DNA of 63,858 nt, filler included, from Octopus bimaculoides (GCF_001194135.2; 7 parts of 7 records of this genome joined end to end with filler, not necessarily neighbours in it), one strand, 5' to 3'; positions 12,221 through 26,270 are shown, numbered from the whole stretch's first letter. Notes: generated by a model from the letters alone, not told the origin. Translations and numbers: made by a program.

Positions 12221-13009
12221 TAATCAAATAATCGCGTTTCTGATTATGCCGTCGTCATAATAGAAATATAGGCAAAAAAGCTTTCGCACTGCACTATATA
12301 TGACACTGTATTGTTCTATTAGATAATGTAATTCACTGTCAGAGAAATAAAGACTGAATGATCACAATGCCAAAAGCTTTAATCTGCATTCTTATCAGAT
12401 CTCGGCTCCAATTTGCGTAGAACCTAACTAAACTCTCGCTGTCCGCACCGTATAAAATTCAGCAACAGCGATGATAGTCCGTCTTATACTATTCGAGCTG
12501 CAAAGTCAACACCTTTGAATGTCGTTTTAAAAGATAACAAAACTATTTTACAGAGACATTGGGAAGACGTCTCATGGGTTTATTGTTTGATGTTTCCTTT
12601 GATCTGTTTCTCTGGGGTTACACATTGTTGTCTAAAATTGTTATTGCTTATCGCTCCAAAAATCTGAGCTAAGGACGATGTCATATTTGTTTTTAAGTGA
12701 AGGACACATTGTTTCATGTTGTTGCAGATATTCTATCTAAAGAGCATTAGATAGCTACGAATGGAATATCTTCAATCAAATTCTAACCAGGAATATCTCA
12801 CGCATATTTATTCTATTTTCATAGTACATCTTAATAGTTCACAGGTTTAAGTTTTTTTCCGGTCATCACGGCTAACTTGTAGGCTATTGTAGTCGAAATA
12901 CATCCAGTCATTAACGCTTCAATTTCCGTAATTAAATTGGCACCTAAGAAATATTTTTTCACACCCTGTAAATATATATCCCACTCCTGACAAGAAAATG
13001 TCTTTTTAA

Positions 13010-13165
13010 GTGCAGGCATGGCTGTACGGTTAGCTCCCTTCACAACCACAAGGTTCTGGGTCCAGTCCAACTGCGTCATAACTTGGGTGAGTGTTTCCGA
13101 CGAATGCGTCGGGCCAACCAGAGCGGATTTCATAGACGGAAACTGAAACAAGCCCTGTGTGTTCT
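13010..13165 (+). mobile_element. SINE family A 5' half, diverged
   Basis: GTGCAGGCATGGCTGTACGGTTAG...GGGTCCAGTCC...AGACGGAAACTGAAACAAGCCC, followed by microsatellite and a gap. Confidence 0.75.
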
Positions 13166-14445
13166 ATATATGTATATATGTGTATGCGCGCATGTGTGTG
13201 TTAGTGCGTGTGTGTTATAAATAATGTTAGTTTGTATATATTTATACACGTAGTTATATATATATATATATATATNNNNNNNNNNNNNNNNNNNNNNNNN
13301 NNNNNNNNNNNNNNNNNNNNNNNNNNNNNNNNNNNNNNNNNNNNNNNNNNNNNNNNNNNNNNNNNNNNNNNNNNNNNNNNNNNNNNNNNNNNNNNNNNNN
13401 NNNNNNNNNNNNNNNNNNNNNNNNNNNNNNNNNNNNNNNNNNNNNNNNNNNNNNNNNNNNNNNNNNNNNNNNNNNNNNNNNNNNNNNNNNNNNNNNNNNN
13501 NNNNNNNNNNNNNNNNNNNNNNNNNNNNNNNNNNNNNNNNNNNNNNNNNNNNNNNNNNNNNNNNNNNNNNNNNNNNNNNNNNNNNNNNNNNNNNNNNNNN
13601 NNNNNNNNNNNNNNNNNNNNNNNNNNNNNNNNNNNNNNNNNNNNNNNNNNNNNNNNNNNNNNNNNNNNNNNNNNNNNNNNNNNNNNNNNNTATATATATA
13701 ATACGTACATATATACATATATAAATCATCTCAGAAGAGAGAAGTGACTGAGCGAGCAAGAATATGGATTTTTAGTAAACCAACAAGTTTTAAGATATGA
13801 AAAGCGTTGATAGGATTTTAACATCGCTGTCATATCAAACAGTTGACGATATACTTGAAATCATATTAGATATATTATTTATACAACGTATCGTATGGAA
13901 ATGAAGGTATTTTAGATTTTCCACCTGTGAAAATTTGATATAAAATTTTTCCGTTAAGGTAAGTCCGTACGGATCAAATAAACGTTAGTAATGTCTTTCA
14001 TTTTGAGGTCTTTTATACCCCACACATATCTTGACAAGACGGTAGCCTTCTTTAGGAATCTTTCATATTTTCGCATTATTTAGAAATGGAACAGGTGTGA
14101 TATTTAAAAAAAATGCAAATGGAGACCGCTTACGCCCATTCCAAAATAAGGTTTTCTTCCTCATAGCCCTTACTATCACGTTTAACAATACTGAGAGCTA
14201 AACACTATGGTATGTTTAAACCAGTTTTGATAAACTATTCAGAAAAAAGATTATCTTCACCTACTTGTAAAGAAAACGCCTCTTCGAAGAAGAAAATTTC
14301 AGTTGCAAAATAATACACATTCTCACATTGCGTACACGGCATTATATTCATAAATACCTACACACACGTTATACATTCAAGCACGCATATATATTTATAC
14401 CATTAGCTCATTACATATATATTTATATGTATGTATTTGTATATG

Positions 14446-14513
<68 letters not shown>

Positions 14514-15082
14514 NNNNNNNNNNNNNNNNNNNNNNNNNNNNNNNNNNNNNNNNNNNNNNNNNNNNNNNNNNNNNNNNNNNNNNNNNNNNNNNNNNNNNNN
14601 NNNNNNNNNNNNNNNNNNNNNNNNNNNNNNNNNNNNNNNNNNNNNNNNNNNNNNNNNNNNNNNNNNNNNNNNNNNNNNNNNNNNNNNNNNNNNNNNNNNN
14701 NNNNNNNNNNNNNNNNNNNNNNNNNNNNNNNNNNNNNNNNNNNNNNNNNNNNNNNNNNNNNNNNNNNNNNNNNNNNNNNNNNNNNNNNNNNNNNNNNNNN
14801 NNNNNNNNNNNNNNNNNNNNNNNNNNNNNNNNNNNNNNNNNNNNNNNNNNNNNNNNNNNNNNNNNNNNNNNNNNNNNNNNNNNNNNNNNNNNNNNNNNNN
14901 NNNNNNNNNNNNNNNNNNNNNNNNNNNNNNNNNNNNNNNNNNNNNNNNNNNNNNNNNNNNNNNNNNNNNNNNNNNNNNNNNNNNNNNNNNNNNNNNNNNN
15001 NNNNNNNNNNNNNNNNNNNNNNNNNNNNNNNNNNNNNNNNNNNNNNNNNNNNNNNNNNNNNNNNNNNNNNNNNNNNNNNNNN

Positions 15083-15115
<33 letters not shown>

Positions 15116-16620
15116 AATATAATAACAACAATGCAATAAAAATCAAAAATACACAGCGAAAAGTGGACGATGATAAACATTGTTTTATATAGCGTTATAG
15201 ACGATTATGTCGTATATCATTAATTTGATAACAGTATGCTTAATTCATGATTGAAACTTATGCAGCAACGACATCGCCAAACTTGGCGTTGGGGCTATTT
15301 ATTATTGGTTGGACGATAAAATAGTATGTCTTTCCTTCTATTATATATTCTTAACTCCAAAATAATAATGATAATAATAATAAATAATAATAATAATAAT
15401 AATATGATAAAAGCACCACCACCAACAACAGAAATATCAACTAAAGACCCTCCCAAACAACCAACCGACCAACCTACCAACCAAACAGTGAACCTACCAC
15501 TCAGCCACCCTACAAGCATCTCAATCAATATTACTTTTAATAGCCAAGAAAATATGATCAATCTCTTGAATATTCAAGAATTATTCTGAGTTAAATAAAT
15601 TGGAGAAGATAATAAGGATAAAGGAAGAAGAAACGCCAAAAAATAAAATTCTTTCAAAAATTAAAAAAAAAAAAAGAAAAAGATATAACGGAAAACAACC
15701 AAAGAGAAAAAACGACAACATAAACAGAGAGAAACAAAAGAAAATAATAACAAAAAGAAAACAAAACTACAAATTTAACCAAAAAAAAAAAAATAAAACA
15801 AAACAAAGCTTATTGGTTCATAACTGAATTAGAAATTTCATAAAGGAAAACANNNNNNNNNNNNNNNNNNNNNNNNNNNNNNNNNNNNNNNNNNNNNNNN
15901 NNNNNNNNNNNNNNNNNNNNNNNNNNNNNNNNNNNNNNNNNNNNNNNNNNNNNNNNNNNNNNNNNNNNNNNNNNNNNNNNNNNNNNNNNNNNNNNNNNNN
16001 NNNNNNNNNNNNNNNNNNNNNNNNNNNNNNNNNNNNNNNNNNNNNNNNNNNNNNNNNNNNNNNNNNNNNNNNNNNNNNNNNNNNNNNNNNNNNNNNNNNN
16101 NNNNNNNNNNNNNNNNNNNNNNNNNNNNNNNNNNNNNNNNNNNNNNNNNNNNNNNNNNNNNNNNNNNNNNNNNNNNNNNNNNNNNNNNNNNNNNNNNNNN
16201 NNNNNNNNNNNNNNNNNNNNNNNNNNNNNNNNNNNNNNNNNNNNNNNNNNNNNNNNNNNNNNNNNNNNNNNNNNNNNNNNNNNNNNNNNNNNNNNNNNNN
16301 NNNNNNNNNNNNNNNNNNNNNNNNNNNNNNNNNNNNNNNNNNNNNNNNNNNNNNNNNNNNNNNNNNNNNNNNNNNNNNNNNNNNNNNNNNNNNNNNNNNN
16401 NNNNNNNNNNNNNNNNNNNNNNNNNNNNNNNNNNNNNNNNNNNNNNNNNNNNNNNNNNNNNNNNNNNNNNNNNNNNNNNNNNNNNNNNNNNNNNNNNNNN
16501 NNNNNNNNNNNNNNNNNNNNNNNNNNNNNNNNNNNNNNNNNNNNNNNNNNNNNNNNNNNNNNNNNNNNNNNNNNNNNNNNNNNNNNNNNNNNNNNNNNNN
16601 NNNNNNNNNNNNNNNNNNNN

Positions 16621-16677
<57 letters not shown>

Positions 16678-17654
16678 GATATGCATGCATACATGTGTAC
16701 ACACACGCACACATACATGCAAGAACTTAATTATATATTTTTATTTATTTAAATCTTCTGTTAGTGTATATGTGTATATGTTTCTGTACGTGTATGTTTA
16801 TATACAAGTTATTACGTCTATGTACGTATGAATCTATATGTGCGTACGAAAATATGCATGCATATATGAATATATGTGTGTATTCATATCATAATGATTG
16901 GGTGCTCAACGCAACAATTGACTTGAAAGCATTCTTTCCCAGCTAACAGTGATTAGAAGAAGAAGAAGAAGAAAAAACACATCAACTGGTTTTCATAGCG
17001 TCAATGAAAACACGGCATAGAGGAACAGGTTAAAGATAAGACGGAAAATATTATTTTTGTATTTAAAAAAAAAAAATTATCATAAAAAACTACAAGCAAT
17101 TCCAACTAAAATTAATAAAGGATTAAAGAATACGTTTCACGAGAAATATAAATATATTCCTAAAATTAAATAGCATTTTTTTTTTAAACTTGATATATTC
17201 AAATAAAGAAAATTTAATTCATTTTTGTGATAATCATATAATCATTCATGAAATGAATCACCCGTTCCTCTTTGGCATACGATCCTTTTAATATTCAGTT
17301 GAATAGATTTAAGTGAATAAGTCTCAAGGGGAATAAATGTTGATTTCTTTCATCTCGACAAAAAGTTAATGTGGTGAGTGAGGTATGGTTGATTGGATCT
17401 TTTCTGTATATATTACTGGACCCCGAAAAGCTAAAGACGGTGTCTTGGGCGACTTAGTCCCTCCCTAAAATCTTGAGTAAATTTACTGAAAGATAATATT
17501 TCGTTCACCAATCTTATCCTTCGTTCTTAAAACTGATCTAGATTTCGATATGAAATTTAGATTAAGCTACTAAACTATTTTCTTTTACCATAGCTCGTAA
17601 AGAGTTCGGAAAATTGCTATTCCTGTTATTTTGCACAGACCTATGGGACTGAAT

Positions 17655-19300
17655 TCAGATATGAATGAATTAACAGTTTGCACTAATATCTACGTTGCCA
17701 GTAAACAAGGAAAATATAAAGGTAAGTCAAAAGAGAGACATAGTAATGAAAGGGAGATGAAAGCTGCGATAGGACTGCTTTATCGGTTAGGACTTTTTAG
17801 AGTTGATCAAATGAATATGGAAGATGTCTGGGCAACCGATGGTACAGAAATTGAAATGTTTCCGGCAACTATATCTTTGCAGCAATTTCGTTTCCTGGTG
17901 AGTTCTATGAGGTTCAATGACATCTACACCCGGATGGAAAGGAGGCTAGAAGATAAGTTTGTACCTTTTAGAAAGTTCTTTGAGAATTTTTTTCATAATT
18001 GTATCTCTAATTATAAGATCTCAGGGTATGCGGCAGTAGACTAAATGTTGGCTTCCTTTAGAGGGAATTGTCCATTTATAGTCTAGATGACAAGCAAACC
18101 ATCAAAATATAGCATAAAATATTTACTTTGGCAGATGCTAAATCTTTCTATGTGTCACATATGGAGGTCTACTTGGGGAAACAATCAGAAACCCTTTCTA
18201 TGGTAGATAATTCATGAGAAACAGTGGTAAAAAGGTTAGTGTCTCATATAAATGGGTCTGGAGGTAATATTACAGTGGCTAATTGATTTACCAGTTACGG
18301 ACTTGCAGTTGATCTCTTGAAGAATTAAAGATTGACATTAGTTGACACTCTGCGAAAGAACAAGATAGAACTTCTCCCTCAGTTTGTTGCCACAAGAGGC
18401 AGAATTGAATGCACAAACTTGTTTGGTTTCCAGAAGGATGTTAACCTGACCGCACATGTTCCCCGGAAAGGTAATAATGTTGTCCTACTGAGCATAATGC
18501 ATCATGATGCTGCAATTGATAAACGTACAAAGGAAAAAGTGAACCATAGATTATTACCTTCAACAACAGTACTAAAAGAGGGACAGACACCGTGGATCAG
18601 TTGCGTTCCATCTACAATGTTTCCAGAAATACTCGACGTTGGCGAGTTACAGTTTTCTACCCAATACTCAATATTGCAGGAATAAATGCACACAATATTT
18701 TGATAGCAAACTCTGAAACAGCTATCAGGCGCCGAGAGTTTCTGAGGAAATTGGAACTCAAGTTGGTAGAGGATCATATCCATCATCGCAAGACAAACCC
18801 ATATTTGAGAAAAGACTTGTAAAGGAAGATTCGACATTTCTCAGCATCTAAGGAATTACCTCCAAAACGCCATCGTGAAGATTGCATAAAGAGATGCTCA
18901 TTGTGCCCCAGGTCAAAAGATCGTAAGATAAGAACTTGCTGCCAGAAGTGCTATAAGCCCATCTGCTTGGTAGATGCTATGCACATTTGCATTGACTGCT
19001 TTGCTCAGAATGATGAGGATGATAGTGCAAACAATGAGTAAATAGTAAATATGAAAGGAGTACTCTCCTCACCAAAAAATAGTCTTATTTTGTCTGACCT
19101 TCATTTTCAAAGAGTACTTGTTTGTTTTTGTTTACATGTTAAATAAATACATTATATCAGAATATGCTTTTTGGTAATATTATTGCTTAAGAACACATAT
19201 AAAGTAATAAAATGTATTAAAAATAGCTGAAACTATGAGTGGGGTTCTCCATATCCCACCGACCTAACCATGAAAATTACAGAACCGCACCACTGGAGGG
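17655..19300 (+). mobile_element. Decayed piggyBac transposon (PGBD4-like transposase), 5' end missing
   Basis: Frames give EMKAAIGLL, MRFND, VD*MLASFRGNCPF, KPSKY, TVAN*FTS, DTLRKNK, VVLLSIMH, GTDTVDQ, SRNTRRW, NIAGINA and a C-terminal Cys-rich domain (RCSLCPRSKDRKIRTCCQKCYKPIC). The right end ...CTGGAGGG (19300) is followed by TTAA. Confidence 0.92.
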
Positions 19301-20377
19301 TTAATGAATAATTGATGCTTAATATGGGGATATCTTTACATTCAAGGATCGGCGACAAGTCAACTTCCTGATTTAGGGTTAAATCTATTGTTTAAATCTG
19401 CTCCAAATGTAACAATAATGCAGGGATCTATGTCTCTCCCCAATGACCCTGGCTATAACAATATAAACTGCTCTTAACGAATTCATTATTGCTTTGAGCT
19501 TATCTGCACTCTCTCTGCTTCTCATCTCATCTCTTCCTCAGTTGCGTGTTATCAGCAAACAACTTCCTCGATATATCAGAAAACCTTTCCACAAATAGCT
19601 CTTATGTGGGCTCACTAAAAGCACCTTCGCGTTTCGTAAGGCTAGTGCCAATTTAACTTTAAAAGAAGATGAAATTACAATCTTATTTCCAAAATGGCAG
19701 TCAGTTCGAACAGATGCGTTTTTCTATACTCTACGGATCTTGCTTTCCTTTTCCAATTTTTCTAAAATACAATAGATCAAAATTTTGTGGACTATACATG
19801 CACCAGTAACATGATTTATAAATTCTGTAGGATTTTCGTCACATAATATAAAAACGTGTACTTTCATTTCTCAAATACTTATGGCAAATACCCAAACGGT
19901 TCTGTGAATTATAAGAAGGTAGCTTAGTTATATTTTCTTACGAAAGTGCAGAACCACGTATTTGCGATCGCCTACCAATATTTTGCAAACATATCTTACA
20001 AATTACTAGGTGTTAACATCAACGTCAATGCCAATGCTCATAAACCTGTATATTTCACTGGTCAAGTTATAGTGTCTTGATCATAAGAGCTCATTTGAGA
20101 CACATTGTCTCCGCTTTCCTCTTACCTAAACTTCTATCAAGAAACTAAGTAAACGCACTTGTATATTTGGCCCTTGACTACAGCAAACACGTTGCTTCAG
20201 ACATCGCACTAAACTTATTTTTAATGGCGTTTTAGGTTACATGAATTGCATTTTTCGCGCACACTGGTATTGTGTAGGGTTAGCCTGTGTAGAAATTTCC
20301 GACGACCAGCTTAGTCATTGCCACATATCGAACAGGTACTGGTTTGATCTTTTGCAAAATTGCGAATATGCGCTTGG

Positions 20378-20711
20378 AGCATTATTATTATTATTGTTCA
20401 TTAGTTTTATTTTTATAACGTGCTTTCACTTCACTACCGAGCGCGGCTCTGTGCACCTTGGGTATGTGCTGTGGTTTGCTGTGGTGCTCTTATGGTTACT
20501 GTATGTAAAGTGTTTTGCGTAGGATGTGTGCTGTGCCCAGTAGTGCAATTTTCTGTATGTTATATATATTTGTAAGTCCTGATGTTTTTGTTATGTGTTT
20601 GTCTGAATATTTTTTTATTATACCTCAGGCACCTACTATAATAGGAATTGTTTCTGTTTTTAGATTCCACATTCGAGTTACCTCTATTTCCAGGTCTTTG
20701 TATTTTGAAAG
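20378..20711 (-). mobile_element. R4/Dong LINE 3' end (RLE C-terminus, 3'UTR, TAA tail)
   Basis: Minus translation LSKYKDLEIEVTRMWNLKTETIPIIVGA*GII...IQKIALLGTAHILRKTL, then a UTR and (AAT)n; truncated by a scaffold spacer. Confidence 0.9.
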
Positions 20712-20811
20712 NNNNNNNNNNNNNNNNNNNNNNNNNNNNNNNNNNNNNNNNNNNNTTAATTAATTAANNNNNNNNNNNNNNNNNNNNNNNNNNNNNNNNN
20801 NNNNNNNNNNN
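20712..20811. other. Artificial scaffold-join spacer (44N-TTAATTAATTAA-44N); identical spacers at 36218-36317, 44767-44866, 52353-52452, 57176-57275 and 61514-61613
   Basis: Exactly 100 bp in all six cases; the 12-mer is palindromic and has stops in all six frames. Confidence 0.95.
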
Positions 20812-20899
20812 CATCGTCCTTCTCATCATCACCATAGACCTCATTGTCACCGTTAATATCAGCGACAGTAGCACAATTACCATTATCATTTTCTGTATT

Positions 20900-21420
20900 G
20901 GAGGCGGGAAGCTTGTCGAACCTACACCGGACAAAATGCTTGGCACCATTTCTTTCCAGATTTACTTTTTGAGTTCAAATTCCACCGAGGTCAACTTTTT
21001 GTATCATCCTTTCGGGATCGATAAAATAACTACGAGCTGACTGAGAACAGGGGTCGATGTAATCGACGCGCCTTAAATTTTCTGGCCTTGTGCCAAAATT
21101 AGAAGGGATTATCATTCTCTATACCGTCGTCTTACTACCACCATCACCACCATCATCATGATCATCATGATCATCATTATCATCATCATCATTATCATCA
21201 TCCTCATCGTCATCATTATCAACATAATCTTTATCATTGTCATTGTCATCATTTACAATATGTCCTGAAATTTAAAGAAAATTAGTCGATTACATCGATG
21301 TCAGTATATGACTGGAACTTTAAAATAACTACCCCGGGTAAATGAAAGGCAAAGTTGACCTCGGCAGGATTTGAATTCAGAGCATAAATGCCTTTCGACA
21401 CCTACACAACTCTCTTTGGC
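20900..21420. mobile_element. Two SINE family B copies (plus 20900-21110, minus 21260-21420) around an (ATC)n repeat
   Basis: GAGTTCAAATTCCACCGAGGTC on plus; GAAAGGCAAAGTTGACCTCGGCAGGATTTGAA marks the minus copy. Confidence 0.75.
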
Positions 21421-23401
21421 TATCTACGCAAGCAAAAGTGTTGTTAACCTTGTTAATAGGTTTAGTTGGACCTTGAAATTTGTTAACAGATGTCATGATT
21501 TCTTCAAGCGTCAAAGTGTGTTCGTCTGTATAATTCAGTTTGCCATTTTTTATTATGTTTGTACTTGGTATTGTTAGGTTCATTGTTATCTGAGGTTGCG
21601 TTTCGCGCTCCTCTAGAGCGAGAAGCCATATTGATGTAAATGTAAATACATAAATAAAAATATGTCCATAATCACATTTTTCCTTCTCCCTCAAGTAAAT
21701 CTCCACACGTTTCAGAAGATTGATTTTTTTGTTTTTTGCAAAATAGTCTGTAACAAGAAAAATTTTCATTCATTAAATTTGTCAAAAATCCGGATTTTGG
21801 GGAACGGTTTGCTAAGATGTCGATTCACACCACAACGACACCATCATTTTCTAGCCTTGATACCAGGTCACTTGTATCAAGGTTGAGNNNNNNNNNNNNN
21901 NNNNNNNNNNNNNNNNNNNNNNNNNNNNNNNNNNNNNNNNNNNNNNNNNNNNNNNNNNNNNNNNNNNNNNNNNNNNNNNNNNNNNNNNNNNNNNNNNNNN
22001 NNNNNNNNNNACGACACCATCATTTTCTAGCCTTGATACCAGGTCACTTGTATCAAGGTTGAGTGCGGTCTATTCCGAATGAGTGCGGTTAATTAAATCA
22101 GTTACAAATACGTGAGTACTACTTATTTTATCAATGAAAGACAAAGTCGATATTGGCGTGATTTGAACTGAGAAAGAGACTTGATGAAATATATCATACA
22201 ATTTGTTGATCATCATCATGATAACCAACTGCCATCATCCTCCTACTCATTATTCTCATTAACATCGGCAGCAGAAGAGATATCGCCATCACCATCATCA
22301 ATAACATCAGCAACACCACCACCATCATTATCCTCATCATCATTATCATTATCATCAACGACAACAACTAAAGCAATGCCATCATTAACATCACCATTAT
22401 CATCAACAGTACTTACATTCATTGTGATAAAAACATGATTGACATGCTCTAATTTATCACATTCCAGCAGAGTTCGTGGAGAACGAAATTCCACTCTCAG
22501 CATGTGAGCTCATACACACATATACACGAATGCACACACTTATAGCTGTCATACAAATACACACACACACACACACACACACATAATACATGCATACATA
22601 CATACATATATACATACATGCACACAAACATAATACGTACATACATTCATACATACATACATACATACATATCAACAATATGGCTGAAGTAAAATGCCTC
22701 AGGGGTGCGTTCTACATGTATGCATTCACATAGAGTCAAAAATAAAACTTTATAAACTGGATAACCACATACTGAAGCCAGCAGGCAACGTCGTTGTGAT
22801 CAGGTCATGGTTAACTTGATATCTAACACCCAGTGGCATCAACATAGCTACTTGGTGCTTATAATTATGTTACACTTGTTTGTTGTATCGCTTATGAGTC
22901 GAAGTTCAAAGCTTAATAAATTGCACTCAGTCTTTCATCACTTTTCCAACTGAAAAGAAAAAAGGGAAGGCAAGTGATAGACCAGTTCTATGTATTGTTG
23001 ATAACATTCGAAGTTAAATTTAATTATAAGGCTGCTAGATCAAAGGCTGACCTGAGATTAAGCAACAACAACAACAATAGCAAGACTGCAATTTATATTA
23101 CATCTACACGATGTTCCAGCAACAGTGGCATAGTTAGGGTGTGTGTTGTCTGGGGCAAGCCCTTGCATTTGCTCCTTCCCACTCGGGTATAAGTTCAATA
23201 CGGGCTCAAAAGTGTGACCCCATTAAAGCGTCACCCGAGACGATCGATCAAAGCAACCATAAGTAGACCAAGCTAAGATAATTAGCTGCTACTGCTGCAG
23301 TAAGAGCAAAACAGGGCCGTCATTGAGTACATCACCTTGACCCGCTTCAGTTATTTCCCTTGCCTCATTTTATTTTTATTTAAACTGCTCAAACTCAAAT
23401 A

Positions 23402-23827
23402 CCGTAAATCCTCGAGTATAGTCCGCCCTTGAGTATAATACACAGGGTATTTTAGGGGGTTGTACCTCTGAAAAACCTAAACCTTGTGTATAATACGCAC
23501 CCTTCTCTAACTTCAGTCAATGAGGTCTATATAACGTCCTTGGTTTGTAAACGTTTGTACGGTAACGTCCTTTATTATTATTATTGTATATATAACATAA
23601 TGCAAGCGTGTAGCTTTTTTGTGCACTTTGTTTGCAGAAAATACAGAAATAACAGTAATAACGTCAGTGAAAAATAAATATTAAGTAAATTGCTTTTACA
23701 TATTTATCACTTAGAAAATTTTGCTTAGAAAATATTTTTCATTTTTAACCTCGTATATAGTACGCACTAGAAATTTTGACCTTGAAATTTTGGGAAAAAT
23801 TTTCGGATTATACTCGAAGATTTACGG
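23402..23827. mobile_element. MITE (Tc1/mariner-pogo superfamily type), 426 bp
   Basis: 24-bp TIRs CCGTAAATCCTCGAGTATAGTCCG / CGGATTATACTCGAAGATTTACGG (2 mismatches), TA on both flanks, and subterminal GTATAATAC-type repeats. Confidence 0.85.
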
Positions 23828-24782
23828 TATATACCCACACATAGTTGCAAATACTCACACACAGATATACATAAACATTTAGATATAATGTTTTATTGAA
23901 ACTGAAAAACTTTAGAAGAGCATTTATTCTGAGTTTGTAACAGCGGTTTCTCTGAGTTTCACATAACATATTTTGGTCATTTTGGTATTTCATTGCTACT
24001 TTCTGCACCTTCTTTTACACCTGTATGCTAGCATGTGTGTGTTATGAGAGCGTGAGCGTTAACTATTCAATCATACATCAACAACAATTTAAAAACAACA
24101 GAAACACTTTAACGGGCGATGCAATCAAGTAAGTGCTATCCACAACCATCGAAATTCACTTCCTTACATCTCAAGCACATACCAGTTGAAACCCTTTCAC
24201 GTCCAAGATAGTCTCTTGTCATCACAACATACAACAATAAAATATGTATGTATATAAACGTATATAACTAAATATCTAAGTCTTCTCCTACGTATAACTG
24301 CAACAAAAACTATAAACAATTACATCTTCGACACAGCAACTCTTTTATCTATTTAAATGAGGTAGTACAAAAAAATTATTGTTTAAGTTAACTAATAATA
24401 ATCTTCTATATTTATTATTTTCTCGGAGCAATAATTCCGTAGTAGATATGAATAGAAACCTAATGAAAATTTCTCTCTTTGTTTACTTAATCTATCGCAG
24501 GGAGAAATCTGTAATTATTGCTATATATATATATACTGTAAATGCGATAACCAAAGTATCCCATATATATATATATCCCTATATATATATATGTTGATGA
24601 TGATTGAGTATGTGTGTATTCTTGTGTATATATATGCATTACCAGTTAATACCATTATACAACTTATTAGTCCTTAGCAATAGTTTATACCAATATTAGC
24701 AATTAAATGAGATTCAGTTTGTTGAGTTGTTTTGGAAGAATGACATGTTAGTTACTTAACGATATGTCTTTTTTACTTCTAT

Positions 24783-24868
24783 ACTTCTCTGACGAGATTT
24801 CGTCCCCCCCAAATTTTTAATTACTAAAATTTGATTCATTTGGGCAATATCGAAACAGGTGTAAAGGA
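24783..24868 (+). ncRNA. Degenerate hammerhead-like motif with long stem II
   Basis: CTGACGA (24789), an imperfect stem II GATTTCGTCC/GGGCAATATC, then GAAA-CAGGTG-TA (24852-24863); stem I pairs poorly. Confidence 0.35.
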
Positions 24869-24876
24869 ACATGTTG

Positions 24877-24911
<35 letters not shown>

Positions 24912-26084
24912 NNNNNNNNNNNNNNNNNNNNNNNNNNNNNNNNNNNNNNNNNNNNNNNNNNNNNNNNNNNNNNNNNNNNNNNNNNNNNNNNNNNNNNNNN
25001 NNNNNNNNNNNNNNNNNNNNNNNNNNNNNNNNNNNNNNNNNNNNNNNNNNNNNNNNNNNNNNNNNNNNNNNNNNNNNNNNNNNNNNNNNNNNNNNNNNNN
25101 NNNNNNNNNNNNNNNNNNNNNNNNNNNNNNNNNNNNNNNNNNNNNNNNNNNNNNNNNNNNNNNNNNNNNNNNNNNNNNNNNNNNNNNNNNNNNNNNNNNN
25201 NNNNNNNNNNNNNNNNNNNNNNNNNNNNNNNNNNNNNNNNNNNNNNNNNNNNNNNNNNNNNNNNNNNNNNNNNNNNNNATGTACATATGTATGTATATAT
25301 GTATCAATAATAATAATAATAATTCTTCATATAATCAGTTACTTAAAAGAATATGTACCAGGTAGGGTTTGATAAACCCATGGTCACCACCTATGGTCGA
25401 TTAAATATCCAGTAGGATATTCAGGCTTTGCACATAGAGAGAACCACCCCTACGAGTATATAGCGCCTAGAGGCTAGTCCAAAATACACGCTGTGTTGGT
25501 CCTACTTTGTTTGGTATATTCCAGGGTGTCCGACGTGCCGTGAATCCCAATGGTGTGCTATAAGCAAATGAATAATAACAGAGGATGGATAAATGTTAGC
25601 TCATTACAGCTGTTTGTTATGCATTTTTAATAGAAGAATGAGTACATTACATCACTTAAAAAAACTGTAATCATCTGATGAAACATAATTTGAAAACAAT
25701 TGAATATCCCAAGAACAGCCCATAACAGAATATCTCATAACAGCCAATTTTTGTTGGCTTTTCTCCAATTTCACTGACTTATATATATATATATATATAT
25801 ATACATATATATACATACATATATACATACATNNNNNNNNNNNNNNNNNNNNNNNNNNNNNNNNNNNNNNNNNNNNNNNNNNNNNNNNNNNNNNNNNNNN
25901 NNNNNNNNNNNNNNNNNNNNNNNNNNNNNNNNNNNNNNNNNNNNNNNNNNNNNNNNNNNNNNNNNNNNNNNNNNNNNNNNNNNNNNNNNNNNNNNNNNNN
26001 NNNNNNNNNNNNNNNNNNNNNNNNNNNNNNNATATATATATATGTGTGTGTGTGTGTATATATATATATGAATGTTATATATAC

Positions 26085-26270
26085 GGCACAAGCAAGCCGT
26101 GTGTGATTCACAACTTCGCTTTATCGCTGTGATTTCGGGTTCAGTCTCACTTCATAACACCTTGGATTGGATAAATATCTTCTATTCTTCTATTACTCCA
26201 CTGAAACCTCGAGCCGTCCAATGCCTTGAGAGTAAAATTTGTAGAAGGAAACTGTATGAAGGCCATAATA
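26085..26270 (+). mobile_element. Old SINE family A 5' half
   Basis: CGGGTTCAGTCTCAC..ACCTTGG...GCCTTGAGAGT..ATTTGTAGAAGGAAACTG. Confidence 0.6.

Noticed and set aside
12428-12668. About 80-codon open stretch (RCPHRIKFSNSDDSPSYTIRAAK...HWEDVSW)
   Set aside because: No start codon, no convincing donor site and no recognisable domain.
15600-15827. Lys-rich 75-aa ORF
   Set aside because: Translation of an A-rich low-complexity tract.
21836-22063. 53-bp direct repeat on both sides of a gap
   Set aside because: Exact duplication flanking Ns is most likely contig-end overlap; it is not a CRISPR-like or biological array.
25590-25660. AAACAGCTGTAATGAG on the minus strand resembling a hammerhead 3' half
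   Set aside because: G12 and the CUGANGA core are not recognisable; too decayed to call.
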